A DNA stretch of 64,000 bases, taken from positions 251,066 to 315,065 of the forward strand of contig MNCI01002011.1 in NCBI GenBank assembly GCA_015680685.1, written 5' to 3'. The notes under the pieces are model-generated. The model made no database searches. It was not told the origin of the DNA and saw nothing but the letters and a program-made list of their open reading frames with translations. This DNA comes from Gnetum montanum. Its lineage: Eukaryota > Plantae > Gnetophyta. Below, in pieces: positions 12,908-27,400 of the stretch (positions are counted from its first letter, which is position 1; each line of letters starts with the position of its first letter). The translations under genes and the position numbers were made by a program.

Positions 12908-15580
12908 ATGGCCCCTAAACATGGACAACAAGAAGGAGCCTCTCAAGGTGTGTCCAAGTGACCAAGGAGAGGTAGAGGCCAAGCATCTCTTGAGCAACAT
13001 GCAGAGCATGAGGCGCAATCGTTTAGCATCCATCAAGAGCCTCCTACTATTGTGTAATTGGGACAGGCGAAAGTAGGATCTACTGAAGTGCTTGAATAGG
13101 AAAAACATCTCATGTTGTCCTCGGAATGCATGCAGGAAATCCATGAAAGGTCCACATCAATAACTATGATCATGGAGCTAAAATTTGGACCTTTTATGGA
13201 GTTTGCTCCTAAGGCCGTTAGGGACCAACTCAAAGGATCCCCATTATGGCCCATCCTCTCTGAAAGTCGTGCCTGGTACCTAAGAGAAATGTACCAATTT
13301 TGGCATAATAAAGAAGAAGGCATCACAATTGATATTTGTGGTGTGTCTGTAGATTTTTCCACCAAGGCCATTTCGAAAGTGTTGAACCTTTCGAATACAA
13401 GGCCAAAAGTTGCTCACTTGTCCACTCATTCTGATGCTGATGGGTGAAGAATTTGGTTGGATAAGGCGTACGGTAAAGATGATAAGACATATGGGGAGTT
13501 GACACTAAAAGAAAGAATATATTTCAAAATTGGCACTTATCACATCTTCCCCACAAAAGGATTAAACAGAATCTCAACATATGTGGCAAGATGAAGTGCG
13601 ATATTGATGGGCAAGGTTAATGCTAACCTTCCCCATCTATATCTCATGGAGATCTTGAGGCGATTTGAAGAATGCAAGATAGGGAAGTTCATGTTGCCCT
13701 TTGCTTGTCTCATCAAGAAGTTGTGTAGGCATGCTAGAATTCTAGGGGTACACCAATGATGTTCCCAAAAGAGCCCAAAATGCTTCATTCATCGAATTAC
13801 TAAAGCCACCAGCCCAAAGGAAGAGTGCTAGTGAGACACTAGAGCGAGAACAAGAATAGAAGGTGGGGCCCACTGCAACTCAAACTACATGGCCTAGCCA
13901 ACTCCTAAGTATAGGGCCCAGTCAACAGCAAGGAGCAGGGCCTAGCACGAGCCAGCAAGACCAACCACCATCATTACCATAAGATTATTGACTATTGATG
14001 AGCTGTCTCAGGGCCATCACTGAGACGATCAGTTGGGGAATTCATGATGATGCCAATGTCTTTCACATTATCGATGACACCGTACAGCCCACAGTTTCTA
14101 TAGATTATACATGGGGCAAAGTGTCCATTCAGATAGGAGGAGGGGAGACACATTGGTTAGAACAAATTTCAGGGAACGCTGCATCATTTCTGGTGCAACT
14201 AGAGACTGGTGAAGGAGACACAGTAATGATCATGCAGCACCAAGATGCAGTAGGAGCCATAGAAGTGGTCACAGACCACATCAAGGAATCCTTCAATGTC
14301 TTTGTTGTGCCACTGACAGATTTCACAGGAGCATGCAATGCTCAAACTCTAGCCAGTCCCTTAATGACTCCTTCGGAGCATGAGGATGTTCTTGATCGGT
14401 TATTGCAAATAGTACAAGTGATGATGTCCTTGTTCAACATTCTACAAGATGTCATAGCAATGCAATCAGACCTCATCTCCATCAAAGGAAAGTTGGTCAT
14501 GGCAGAGATTAGGGTCGATCATGCAGAGGCAGAGTTGGCAAGACTCCAAAAAAGGCTTGTTACCCTACAAACTGCATAGCGAGACCCATCTCAATTCATT
14601 CCTGCAGACCAACTGGACACTTTCAAGATAGAGAAGCTCAATAAACTATTGGTAGATAATAAAAAAGTGGTGGAGGAGAAGGGGAAGGCTAATTGGGATG
14701 CTTCCAAGGCACAAGCACAAGCACACATGCATGCCAAAGCACTCAAGGCCTTGTAGGAAGAAAATAAATAGCTTGCTACAAAAAATATCTGATTGACCAC
14801 TGTGGAAAAATAGAAAAATGTTCTTGAAGAAAATTTCCAACAGTTACAAGAATAGTTGGTCAGGGTCAACCAAGATATGAATCGCTTGGCCAAAGAGAAT
14901 TAAACCCTCTCAATAAAGGAGGTACATGCAATCCATAAGAAGACAACCATTGAAATAAGCATGTGGCAAAATGAGACCAAGCGACATGAAAAATTAAAAG
15001 AGCAAGACCAGGTGGGAATGTATAAGCAAGTCATCGACAAAGAGATCCATATGGCCAAGGCCCACATTAATGCCTTCAGTGCTCAACACACTGATTAGTA
15101 GGCCATATTGAACACATATGCATTCGTCCACTAGGTAGAGCTCAAAAGCCAGGACCTGTAGATCCAAGATCTTACAGAGTACATGGAATTGACAAACTTG
15201 TGATATGCCAACCTAGCCATGTTAACAATAGGATGCTGAAGAATAGAGCTGGAGAAGTAGGTAGCTACCACCTATGCCAAATATGAAACAGAATTTGCAG
15301 AACATAAGAAAACATTACAAAGGCTAGATAGAAGTCACAAATTTTGAGTTGGAGGTGGTTAAGGCTAACTAACAAGGGCAGAAAGATGTCGTGACAAACT
15401 TGGCTCAATGGCTTACAAATTACTAAGACTACAAGGATAAAGCCAGAGCCTACGAGGAGGAATGGAAATTGTTTGTAGCATGGTATGTCAAAGAAAATTA
15501 GATGTTTCCATAACTATCATGTCCATGGGAAGTGCCAACTCCATCAAACATTGGAGCATAAGCATAAATAGCATAGGATC
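12908..15580 (+). pseudogene. env-like/accessory ORF of element B (plant-transposon-protein-like N-terminus, long coiled-coil C-terminus); decayed
   Basis: ATG at 12908 (MAPKHG..) is in frame with ORF 13112 (YLREMYQFW..IDICGVSVDFSTKAISKVLNL). Heptad-rich region ~14450-15500. It sits in the Athila env-like position before the PPT. Confidence 0.7.
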
Positions 15581-15895
15581 CCTGAACTGAAGAGGAAAAA
15601 CTCCAGGCACTTCTTTAGAGCCACCAAATCCCAAAACCTGAAGCACAAGACAAGGGGAAGTGACCCATGGAGGAGCCACCACCACTTGGAACCACATGAG
15701 TTTCAATAAAATTTTGCAATTTTGTAATTTTGTAATTTTGTGTTCATGTCCCAATTTTGTTCTATTCAATTCTCCACTACAACATTAATAATTCCTAGTC
15801 AATCACTAATCCCATACCTATCCACTATGTAATCAATGGGGCTTATTCTCATTTTGTATGACTCGAGGACGAGTTTTCATTCAGTCGTGGGGGTA

Positions 15896-16740
15896 TGATG
15901 AATCATGATTCATTAGGCTCTGACATCGGACCCACGATATCAGGTACGTGATATCGTAGCCTGGCTAGCGATATCAGATACACGGTATCATGACTCTTGT
16001 GCGGGCCTATAAATACACATGTAGGCATAAGGACTCAGGGAGTTAATCAGTCAGTAGTTCAGTTAGAAGTTAGTTTTCATTTTTAGTTCTTCTCAACCCT
16101 TTTTCCCCAGTACATGCTCGGAGTGTGATGATTGTAATTGTACAACACCTTTATTCAAGTGTGATGTACTTGGACATGCACATGATTGAAAATAAAGATC
16201 AAGATTACTTCATCATTGTAGCATTTACTTTAATTATTTAATTGTTATTCATTACTTTCTTACTTAATACTTCTTTACCCTCAACTCCTATCCTTGTTAG
16301 TAAATGTGGAATGAGTACAACTTAATCACGAGCATTTAAGTGTGACTACTTGGTATCCTAGTAGCATACCTAGGATATGTACTTGGTAAACCCAATAGTA
16401 GTCATACATGAGGTCCAAGATGTATACAGATAATTAAGGATGGATGCTCATCGCACTTAGGCTAGCGTAGACTCTCTTCATCCTTTCCCTCTTAGTTAAA
16501 ACAAAGTTACTTTCCATTGCCTCTAGGAGTAGAACTAGTCTAGGGCCACATCATACAACTCACTCTGGACTAAACCATATGTGACAAAGCAAATAGTAGT
16601 CCAGGTGGGAAGACAGTGAACTACGATCAACAAGTAACTATCTAGATACCACAACTAGCTTGTCTACGAAGTTCAACCAGATCGTGCGTGAAACACTCAT
16701 ATTCGTATGGTTGAGTGTAGCGGTATCTCACCACTCATCA
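15896..16740 (+). repeat. 3' LTR of element B
   Basis: Homologous to 7626-8491 and followed by TSD GCATT. Confidence 0.95.
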
Positions 16741-16745
16741 GCATT

Positions 16746-19700
16746 ATTGGAGAGTTGGTGATCAACTTACTCTAGTTCATCCATGCTTACAACATACATG
16801 TATATCAGGCTCTCAGTTGGTTCCATGCAAAGTGTGTAGCTTTCAAGATCAGTAGTTAGCCACTGGGTGTCCTCATGTTTTGTGGCTACTACGTACATAC
16901 ACCTTTGAATTTCTACTTTTGGTGCACATTGATTGCATGTAGAGATGGATGCTTGTTTAATAGACTAGAGTTTCTACATACAATTATGCCTTGTATTATT
17001 GTACGCGATGCATGGAACTCGCTTCTTTTGAATCTTTTCAAATACATTTTCTTTAGATATTTCCAAGGAAAGATTTTTGATGTCCATTCTTACATCAAAA
17101 ATGCTTAGCCATGCCCTTATCATGATGTTTAGAAAGTCCCCTTTAAAGTTTTCCATCTTGATTACTAGGAAACCAGTAGGATAAGACAACCCACAAATAG
17201 TGGTCACAATGTCTTCCACTAGTCCCAATGGAACAGTTGTGGACTGGTCTACCAATTCTAATATGATATTGCTCTTCTTGAGAGGAGGTAGGTTCCATGC
17301 AGTATACATTTCATGAGAAATCATGTTAACACCAGAACCTAAATCAAGGAGAGCTTTACATGGTTTGTTCCTAGCAATCTGCAAATAAATCAAAGGACTT
17401 TGAGGATCAGCTAATTTCCTAGGAAGGTTGTCAGCCTAAATCCAATCAGATATGGTATGAGTTGGCATAATAGTATGGATTCGTGGTGGGATTTAGTTTG
17501 AAGGGGACATGAAGGAATTTAATGCAGAGAGAGATGGAGGAACAAGGTTGCCAATTGCATGTGTATGTGAGGGATTTAGTGGACTATTGGGTTGGAAGAA
17601 AGGTCTTTTCTTTAATTGAGTGTTTGAACCACTTGGTTGATGAACCAGTTGTAGATTAATGGCCTTGCTAGCATTACATTGTTGTAGTTGAGTTGGGAGT
17701 TCACCCCACATAGATGGATCAAGTGGTAGCTATGTTGAGGATGGAGGAAGATGTGTAGGAATAAGAGAAGGATAAGGATAAAAGGTGGGATTCCTCTTTG
17801 CACGTGGAGAATGAATTTGATAATAATTAAGAGGGTAGTAGTGAGATTGAAAAGTAGAAACATGACAGGAAGAGTCACGTGGAGACAGAGGTTATTGAAC
17901 ATAATGCCCATATGGATTAGGTTTTCTGTAAGGGTATTTCTACCTTGATGGTGCCACTACCCATGACTGTGGTTGCTGCCATGGTAAGTATTGTTCATAT
18001 GGTTGCAATGCAGTTCCACTTGGATAATACTATTATTGTTGGTGGAATGGCTTAGAATTTCCTTGAGGATAAGGCAATCTATTAGGTGTTTTCCTTTATG
18101 CTAGTTGTGGATTTAGGGCATACATCCCAGACTCCTGTAAGTGTTACACAATAGGGAAACATCCCTTAGGATGTTCATAATGGTAAATTTCACACCCACT
18201 ATCATCATCTGATTTGATTCCCACAACTTCCTCTATTGCAGCAATCTTGCCCTTACCTCTTTGATTAATTCGTTCAACTTTCATGCACCTCCTACACTCA
18301 TGATCACTACCTTGTTCTCTAGACTCTTTAGTAATTTTTATGATAGCTTGAAATCAGCTATCTATGGAGTTCCATAGCTAATCAACCTTGGCCATAATTT
18401 CAAATTGAAATTTTTGAAGTCATAAGGCTTTCCTATTTACTACCTCATTAAGTGATGACTCTTTCTCACTATCATAGAATCAAACCTCCCTATTTCTAAT
18501 GGAAGGATCACAATTATATTCCTTTGCACTTTCTCTCTTCCTCAACTCTCCTTCTTCTTTCACTACCTACTTAATCAATCTTTGGATCTGACAAGCACTT
18601 AATTCTAATAATTTCCCTTGGGCATAGACACCAAGAGTTTTCCTTGTTTCTGATTGGAGTCCATCTACAATGTGGCAAAGTTGGTCTAGTTGAGAATAAT
18701 CATGGCTAGGACATCTGTGAAATAATGAATAGTATTAGCTAATGTTGGCATTGAAGGGTTTATGTGTCCCTTGTTTCAATCCTTGGATGTACCTCCTCAA
18801 GTTGGACACTCGAGAGTACATTTGATATTTTTCATTAAATAGTTCAAGCATTGTACTCCATCGTCTAATAGATTTTGGTTCTAAGAACCAACACTAGTTC
18901 TCTGCTTCTTTAATGAGTGTCCTAGGGAACAACTTAAGTTTTTGCCACTCATTTTCTATGTTTTTCAAGGCACATGCATCTTGAAAATCTTGGATATGAT
19001 TCTATAGATCTAAGTTATATCCCCCTTTGAATTTAGGGATATTGTTCATGTCTAGTCTCTTGATCGGACAATCCTTTATGTACCTTGTGGGAATCCTCAA
19101 TGCCTTTACAATGTTGAGCATTCTTTGAGTAGCAAGTAAAGGCTCATTGAGGCCCTAATTTTGGTGTTGCCAATGTTCTCTACTATCCCTTCGTTCATGG
19201 TAGTAGGTCTCTCTTGACTACCCATGCCTTGGGTCTTGACTTGCCCAACGGTCTCATTGATTATCTCAGTCTTGTTGATCACCTCCATTATGATCATGCC
19301 CCCTTGATTGCAGTCAAAGACTAGAAAAGGAAGATGGCAACAAAGGTAAAGAGGAAGAGGACTAGCACCATCACGATGCCTACTACACCCTCTTTGATGA
19401 TCACGGCCATGATCATGATCAGGTTTCTTGTTCGCATCCCTACCCTAACTTACCTCCTTGAATTCCCCTTTGTTGTTGGATCTAAAACACAGATTATGAA
19501 TCGTGGATAATAGGTTCTAGTTTTGACCTCCTTCACCAAAGTCAAAAAGAGGAGTTTCACTTAATGGAAAACCCCTAAAGAAGGGTCCTCCACCATCTTT
19601 TTGGTATGGCAGATATGGGGAATCAATGAACCACTTTCCCTTCACAAATTCATAGTGTTACTCTAACGAGCAATTCCTTAGACATTGTGCATTAGTGGGA

Positions 19701-19990
19701 CAATAATCCGTGGCATTAGTATCTTGCACAGCATACTCAACATGAAGTTCTTGGAGATCCAAACATACAAGAGTTTGGTGGAGCATCACAAGAACTTGAT
19801 CTAGTGGCAAGCGGCAACACAATGTTGCCCTTCATGTCACACCATCACAATAGTTCATCTTGGTGTTGGATGAAGGTGAAGTTTAGTACATACCCATCAG
19901 GATGAGCATATACCACTCGATATTGTTGGGGAACCTATTGATTCATTCAATTAGACTTTGCAAAGAATCAATCCTATGAGAAGAAGACAT
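16746..19990 (-). pseudogene. gag: gag and aspartic protease of element A (decayed)
   Basis: Protease ALLDLGSGVNMI..PLGLVEDI..FLVIKM (ORF 16974-17393). Gag core KLKLFPRTL (~18910-18945). Knuckle-like segment ~18150-18200. Confidence 0.8.
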
Positions 19991-20135
19991 AAGAAATGTA
20001 GCATGTTTCATAAAAATTGTTGTAGTAATCTTAAGATGTGATATGACTCTATGGTTCATTCTACTAATCTTGAATGATTTGACCAAGTTCTAGATAGCAC
20101 ATGTAACAACTAAAGGTCCCAGACAATAGTGCCAA

Positions 20136-21032
20136 TGATGAGTGACGAGGTACCCCTATGCCCAACCATATGAATCACAAGCATTCACACATGATCCAAT
20201 CAAATTCCATAGAACTTAAGTTTTCAAGTACACTAGTTCCAAGATGTGGAATCTAATCATGACAATCATTGTATTCTCAACTATACTTGTGGAGCTTAAT
20301 TGTATGATTAAGTATAGTTAAGGCACATGATTTTTATTATTTTATATTCTATTTATCTATGATTAAGAATAGGTTGAAACGTAACTTATAATCAATTTAA
20401 CTTAATCTAATTGTTGATCAATAACTAACTATCCTAACATAAGTATCTAATTCCACTTTCTGGGAACATCCTAACATAACTAACTATCCTAACATAAGTA
20501 TCTGATAATGCTACTTAGTTACCAAACATTAAGTGTTTCTGGTATTACCAAGTGTCATACACATGCTCGAAGCGATTGTACTCATGTGCTTAATTCATTA
20601 GCTGCTATTGAATTTGGTTAGCTTACTTTAGCTTAATTACTTGGAAGCATTAAATGAAATTTCATGAAACATTAAATACATAAATAAAGTATTTAAGCTA
20701 GCCAAGGTGTTGCAAGGTTTGATTAAAAAGTTCATCTTTATTTCTACACATACTGTCGTACTCAAGTACAACAATGCTTAAACAAAGATCTATACACTTA
20801 ATGACTCTTATTACGGGCACTTTGGAAAATATTCAAACTCAGGAGAAAACATATTGCAAGAGCTTTGCTATATTTATAGGTTCGCATATACCCCATAATA
20901 TCATATATTCAACATCGCATCTTGGGGTTCGATATTAGGTATTCGATATCAAGACTTTGATATCGCATATCCAATATTGAGGCTCTAGTATCGTGTATCT
21001 AAGATTGGAGCACAACTAAACATGATTTATCA
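20136..21032 (-). repeat. 5' LTR of element A
   Basis: Terminus reverse-complementary to the B-type LTR end, adjacent PBS, TATA at ~20870, and GATATC repeats at 20895-21000. Confidence 0.8.
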
Positions 21033-22514
21033 ATATCCATTCCTTTTATCAAGAAAAAGGTATCGTTCATCAACACAGTTGTGCTGCTACCCTACAACCA
21101 AATGGTGTAATTAAGAAAAACATCAACTTCTAAATGTTTCCTGAGCTTTTAAGGAGAAATGCATGTTTGTTGCCTCAACAAATCTCTATATAGGCTCAAG
21201 CAAGCTTCGAGATAATGGTTTCAAAAACTATATTCTTCTCTAATTGATGCTAGCTACACTCAATCAAAGGCTAATCATTCTCTCTTCACATGCACAATAG
21301 GGGCTTCCTTTACAATAGTGTTGGTGTACGTAGATGATATCATTGTTGCTAAAAATAATCTTGTCTCCATTGTAACTATCAAAAAGTTCCTTCGTAGTTA
21401 ATTTCAAGTCAAAGATTGGGAGTGACTTAAATGTTTTCTTGGGATTAAAGTTGCTTGCTCTAGTAAGAGTATTCATCTTTCACTAGGTTTTCTTAGTTCA
21501 CGTCCTTCTTCATTTCCAATGGAGCAAAAATTGAAGCTTAACAAAAATGGTAGACCTTTATTGGAAGATCCATTATCATATTGTCATCTTGTGGGACATC
21601 TCATCTATCTCACTATCATTCACCATAACATTACATATTCAGTTTATACCTTAATTCAATTCTTAAATTAGCCTTGGCAACCCCATCTTGATGTAGCTCA
21701 TAGAATTCTTAGATATCTAAAGAAAGCACTAGGTTAGGAAATTTTACTCTCTTCCTCGAGTTATCTTTAATTATGTGCATACTTTGATTCTGATTGGGCT
21801 AGTTACACTAAATCTTATAGATCTATTACTAGGTATTGTACTTTTCTTGGAACTTCTTCACTTTCATGGAAGTGAAAGAAACAATCCACTATCTCCCATT
21901 CCTCTACTGAAGTAGAATACCATGTATGACAAGTGCTTACTATGAACTTACTTGTCTTTTCAATCTATTAAAGGATCTATAAGTATCTCATCCTTAACGA
22001 ACAACTTTATTTTGTGACAACAAGACTACTCTACATATAACTACTAATCTAGTCTTCCATGAATGAAATAAACACATTGAGATTGATTGTCACATTGTTT
22101 ATGAAAAGATTCAATCTAGAATGGTTCGAATAGTTCATGTGCCCACTGTAAATAAAATTGTTGATCTCTTCATAAAACCTCTTGGAGCTCTTCAATTTTA
22201 ATGTTAACTTGAAAAGTTGGGTGTTTTCAAGTATTAGAATGTTTCATGTTCACACTTTTAGAATGTTTCAATTTTCAGCATTATTTCTAAGGGTGTTGTA
22301 CTAAAATGATCTTGCTTTGTAAAATTTCCTTTACTCAGTGTTCCCTCTATGTTAAGTTCCCTATCCTATTTTTTATATTCTTTGGATAGTTTCCATTCAA
22401 CCTCCACTCAAGAATTGTATAAATATGTGCATGTGTAAACCTACAATTGTAGATTTATAGCAATCTTCTTCTACATAATTATATTTTCTTTTCCATTGCT
22501 CTTCATTTCTAACA
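21033..22514 (+). mobile_element. Ty1/Copia (Ale/Retrofit-like) remnant: INT fragment, RT, RH and short 3' LTR (~22232-22514)
   Basis: GIVHQHSC..QPNGV, LNKSLYRLKQASR, LVYVDDI, AYFDSDWA, KHIEIDCH, DLFIKPL. LTR TATTAGAAT...TTCTAACA with a TATA at ~22418. Confidence 0.85.
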
Positions 22515-24499
22515 ATTACATTGAATGGTCTTGATAAAGGCCTTTATAACTTCAAGATTTGAAAAATATAATTAAGAAAAAACTCAACCATAATAGGCAT
22601 CATTCTACTTGACATCAAGACGACATATTTATATCATGGATAAAGCAAGGATATAGATACATAATTGTACAAATCTTTAATGAAAGTGGAACAATTATTG
22701 TAACTACATTGGAACAGCTGTACAAACTCTTTACAAGAAATCATATTATTTTAATGTACGTATAGATGGTTAAGGAATGTGTAGTAAATCATGAGAGAAA
22801 TAAAGCATATTTCAACACTAAACTAAAAATCACGAATGTTTCATAGCTTGATTTGTATTGTAGAATCTAATACTTTTTCTTAAGTTGGAGTGTGAAGGTC
22901 TGTAACACCCAACCTACCAACAAGGAAAAGAAACTAATGAGCCTTAGTGAAGATGGCTACTAGATGCACTTCACTTGGGACATAAACTATAGAAATATCT
23001 ATGAACTATAATTTTTCTTGAACAATATGACAAGCACATTCAATATGTTTAGTACCCCCATGAAAAATTAGATTAGAAAATATGTGAAAGGTTGCTTGAT
23101 TGTCCCAATATAGTTTTATGGATTGGGTACCCACAACACCAAGATCCAATAAGAGTGCCTTAAGCTAAATCAATTTACAAGTATTTGTTGCCATTGAGTG
23201 ATATTCAACCTCAATTTATGAATAAGATACAAATTGTAAAACTACCCACCTAATCAAGGTAAGAGAGTATTACATTGGTTTGAACCCTAAAGAATCACAT
23301 TATCATGGTAAGAAAATTAAGCTAAACCAAATGTACTAATGAAAGGATAAAAAGAAGCATTAAACCATGATCAAGAAATTACTTAGAACATGATCACATA
23401 ATAATATGTCAACCACATACAAAGATAACTACTACATATATTAAGCATTAATAACCCATCATACATAGGTATGATATTCTCATAATGCATCTAGAAAATA
23501 TCTATATTCATTTCTCTCTTTGCATTTGGAAATGTCTCTGATGGCTTGTTCTGTACTCTATATCGAAACTTTGGTGTGCAATTATTTTTTAGTAACAAGA
23601 GTATAACTATGAACTCCTTTCAAGATTTAAATATCATATTATCAAAAATGTCACATTTTAGTTAGAGCTTCAAATAAAAAAGCTTCATTGAAAGCTAAAT
23701 AATTAACTTATTTTCTATAGTATTAGTTTCTTTTTGTTTTGAAGGCTCAAGGATGGAAAGCTTTTAACTCTTGTTGCTATTTGTTCATCATTTTTTATTG
23801 ATGTAATATTTTCTCTTTAGAGAGTATTTTCTCTTTCTCTTTATAAGAAATCCTTTACTAAGAAATGAAAACCTATGCGAGTGCTTCTCAATAAAAGTAA
23901 GCCTTGGTCCTTTTCTTATTCTAAAGGGGAGGGTTTTCAAGATTAGTTATAAGATTGAAAATCTTAAAAGGCATCTTAAAAAATCATTAGGCTTTTTTTT
24001 AGACTCTCTCTTTGATGATCTAATGTACTCTAATTTTTTAAATATTATTATTCATTTTTTCATATCCAATAACCAACAAGAAGAGAAATACATCCTATGT
24101 CTAATACATAAATACCCAAACTACTACCCAACATCATAAATGTATTATGTGTCCACTCCAACAAATAGAAAATATAAAATAGCATATTATTAGTATTAAA
24201 CTAAGCCTGTTGTAACATCAAGATTCTACACACCCCTTTCTAGTTGTTATGTTTTATGACTTGAACCCTCAATATATTATTTTACTAGCCTACGCTTTGT
24301 ATTTATACCTCAAACTTATGCTATATGCTATGCTTGTGATTGGTATCTTTAATTATAATTGGTCCAAAAAACTCCCCACCTAGCTCACAATAATTGGATT
24401 TTATGAAATGAAATGAAGCTTCATTACATCTAAAGACCCATAGGATCTATTAGGCAGATATTACATTTTCATGAAAAATAAAGATAGACTCTACAAATT

Positions 24500-27400
24500 G
24501 ACCAAGCACTAATGAGGGCATCAAAAATAAATCATATAGGCTTTTTACTGAGTAGTCATATGCATATTCTACAAATGCACTCTTCTTAGGGGAGTTGAAT
24601 TTATCTAACACTTTCAATTCTAAGATGATGAGAACTTAAGTGATGCTTGCTAATAGCATTCTGATACTTGATGGGAATAGTAGCTAAGAGATAATAATCT
24701 TTTACATTAGTTTAGTAGATCTAATGTGATGTAAATAAAATTGTCTCTTGCCTTTCACATTAGTCCACATCTATGTTAAAACTTTTTGTTTGACTAGTCG
24801 ATAAATATGCTTAGGATTTTGTTGTATGTCCTCCCAAGAGATTCCATTTTCTCAACCATTGCATCCCTTGAAAATATCAACCATGGTCTCGTGAATCCTC
24901 AAGAATTGCTTTAGAGAATTGTCTTGCCTTAAGATATGCAAGCTATGAGTATATGTAATAAATTAGCACAAGGCTTCTGCTTCTAAAGGTAATAAATCAC
25001 ATTCACATAATAAAATTGAAAAAGGTGTTTTTACCTTCACCTTTAACACATTGAGAAGAAACGTTTTTTTCACTCTTTCAATATCTTTCCAAAGTTTAGC
25101 ACTGAGTCTAGGTTCTTAAACAACAAATCCATACAATATGGTAGAATATATCATAGTTTAAAATTTTGTTTTCTAACCTTCCAAGCCCAAAGGCCTAAAT
25201 CCTTACACTTGTTTTTGAAAGCATACAAAGCTTTGAAGCCTCCTACTATTTTTTTTCTTTGATGCACTTCCCCACATGTAAATGTTTGAATAAATGATAT
25301 TTTATTTGTATGTCAAAGTTATATTCTTCATTGTTGCTTTTCTAAGGTTTTATTTTAAGTATATATGAACTAACCCTTATTAGAGTTTTAAGTAGGAAAA
25401 TATGAGGTACCAGGTGGGTCATTGGTACATGATATGTCATTGGAGTTTAATTTATACATTTGATAAGTTAAGCCTTTACCATCATGATTGAGAATAAAAT
25501 TTGTAACAGAACCTTAGGTGGTATGAGCATCATTTAAGTATAGGTGAAGATCAAAATCATCATGTATTAAAGTTGTAATGAGGCATTGTGCTGGTTCTAG
25601 GATGTCTAATTTCTTAGGACGTGGTTGTATGGGTTTATAATAGGATTCGAATAGAGGTGGTAAAAATAAAATATCCACTATGATTTGATTCTCAATAGAA
25701 TGGTGTGAAAGATATGAAATATCAAACTTAGTAAGAAAGGTTTTCTCTTTGTCCATGCAATTGTTATCGCACAAGTTAGGAACAATTAAGCATAAAACAT
25801 TATCACAAGATATAACATAGACACTCATCCCTAGTAGATAATGTCTTCACTTTCTAAGTGCAAAGATAAGACCAAGGTAAGACTTCTCTCTAACTATCTT
25901 GTTTCATAATATGAGAATGAATAAAAGATGTAGTAGATAGGAAGATGAACTCTATCTTTGCATAATTGGAAAAGCATGATGATGATGGAATCTTCAAATT
26001 TGAATAAAAAAAGATAGAATAAGAGATTGAACTAAGGTAGATCAAATACTAGAAGATGGATTACATCAAAGGCTTTTTACCATTTTGAATCCCACTTGAA
26101 AGTGATGGATTTTTTGAGGAGAGGTAAGAGAGAATGAAAGTAATTAGTGAGATTATAAATAAAATGATAAATGAATTATAGATGACCTTGTAAGATGTGT
26201 ATTTCTTTAACGCATCTAGGTGGAGTAAGGTTTAGAATGACTTTGACTTTACCAAGATTAACTACAATTTCATTGGTTGAGACAAGAAACTCTAGCATCT
26301 TTTCAATTTCTACTCCAAAAATACACTTCTTTGGATTAAGTGATGGCTATATTGATTAAAATGAGTTAGAAAAATGTTCAGATCTCTAGGCTAACCTATT
26401 ACTATTAGATCAAATATGTAATTATTTACCATTTTGAATATCATATCACTAAAGATATATATAATTGCTCATTGATATATACATTCCATATTTTTGAGTC
26501 CAAAAAACATCTTTGTGTAGAAAAATGTTTCCTCAGGGTCATGAAACTAATATAACATTGATGCCTAGGATTGATTTGGATCTAGTTGTAATATGATAAA
26601 TCATCAGTGAAAGATAATAATGCATGTCTAGTGAGGGTATCTATGAGTTGCTCTATGTTACACAATGAAAAATCATCTTTGAGTATTACATTGTTGAGAT
26701 TGCAAAAATATATGCGCATCTTGATATATCTTTTTTTCTTGAAAGCCATGACCATGTTGGAGGCCTAGTTTGAGTAATCTATAAAATGGATTAATCATAC
26801 ATTGTATAGCTTAATAATCTCTTCTTTAATTACAAGAGCTAAATAAATGTTAATTTTTATAGCTTTTTGCTTAATTGATTTAGAGCTTTCCTCAAGGATG
26901 ATATTCTATTGAACCAAGTACATGTCTAATCCTAGCATGTTATCATATTCCTAAGCAAAAGTAATAGAGTTATTTTGTAATGAGTTTAAAATTGAGATTT
27001 TTAGGTTTTCAAGGAGGTTATGAATGATTGGAAGAAAATATAATATTATCATTAGTATCACTATCAAGGAATCCATCTACTTAGATCTCGAAGCATCAAG
27101 GTCTAGGTCATGATTTTAAGTTAAAGTAGTATCCTCCAAGTGGTTGAATTAGCTTTAGAGTTCTCACATGTGAGCACCATTTTTTTGATCTACATGGCTT
27201 AATTTAAAATCTCAACAATGGACTTATTATCTTAGTTTTTTATCCTTGTCATGAATTTGTACATCAAAACTAGGTTTTCTTGGCCTATAATATTGTATTT
27301 GATTAGATGTAAGTTCATTATTCTATTATCTATAATATAGATATATGTAGGATTGTAGGTCATATATTTGTGATGCTTAATTAATGGTAAACTAACAAAG

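Larger units (their letters stand above)
7626..16740 (+). mobile_element. Complete non-autonomous Athila-like element B (gag plus env-like ORF, no pol)
   Basis: Paired LTRs 7626-8491 and 15896-16740 (TGATGA...TCATCA), perfect 5-bp TSD GCATT (7621-7625 and 16741-16745), PBS TGGCACCGTTGCTAGGGA at 8493-8510, G-rich PPT before 15896. Confidence 0.95.
6044..21032 (-). mobile_element. Athila-like Ty3/Gypsy element A (5' LTR, gag, PR, RT, RH), interrupted by element B and by Tat1
   Basis: 5' LTR 20136-21032 (TGATAAATCATG...TCATCA on the - strand), degenerate tRNA-Asp-type PBS at 20117-20134, gag and pol remnants on the - strand. Confidence 0.85.

Noticed and set aside
22515-24500. Possible host gene in the AT-rich stretch
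   Set aside because: No sizeable ORF or recognisable motif; most likely old decayed repeat or intergenic DNA.
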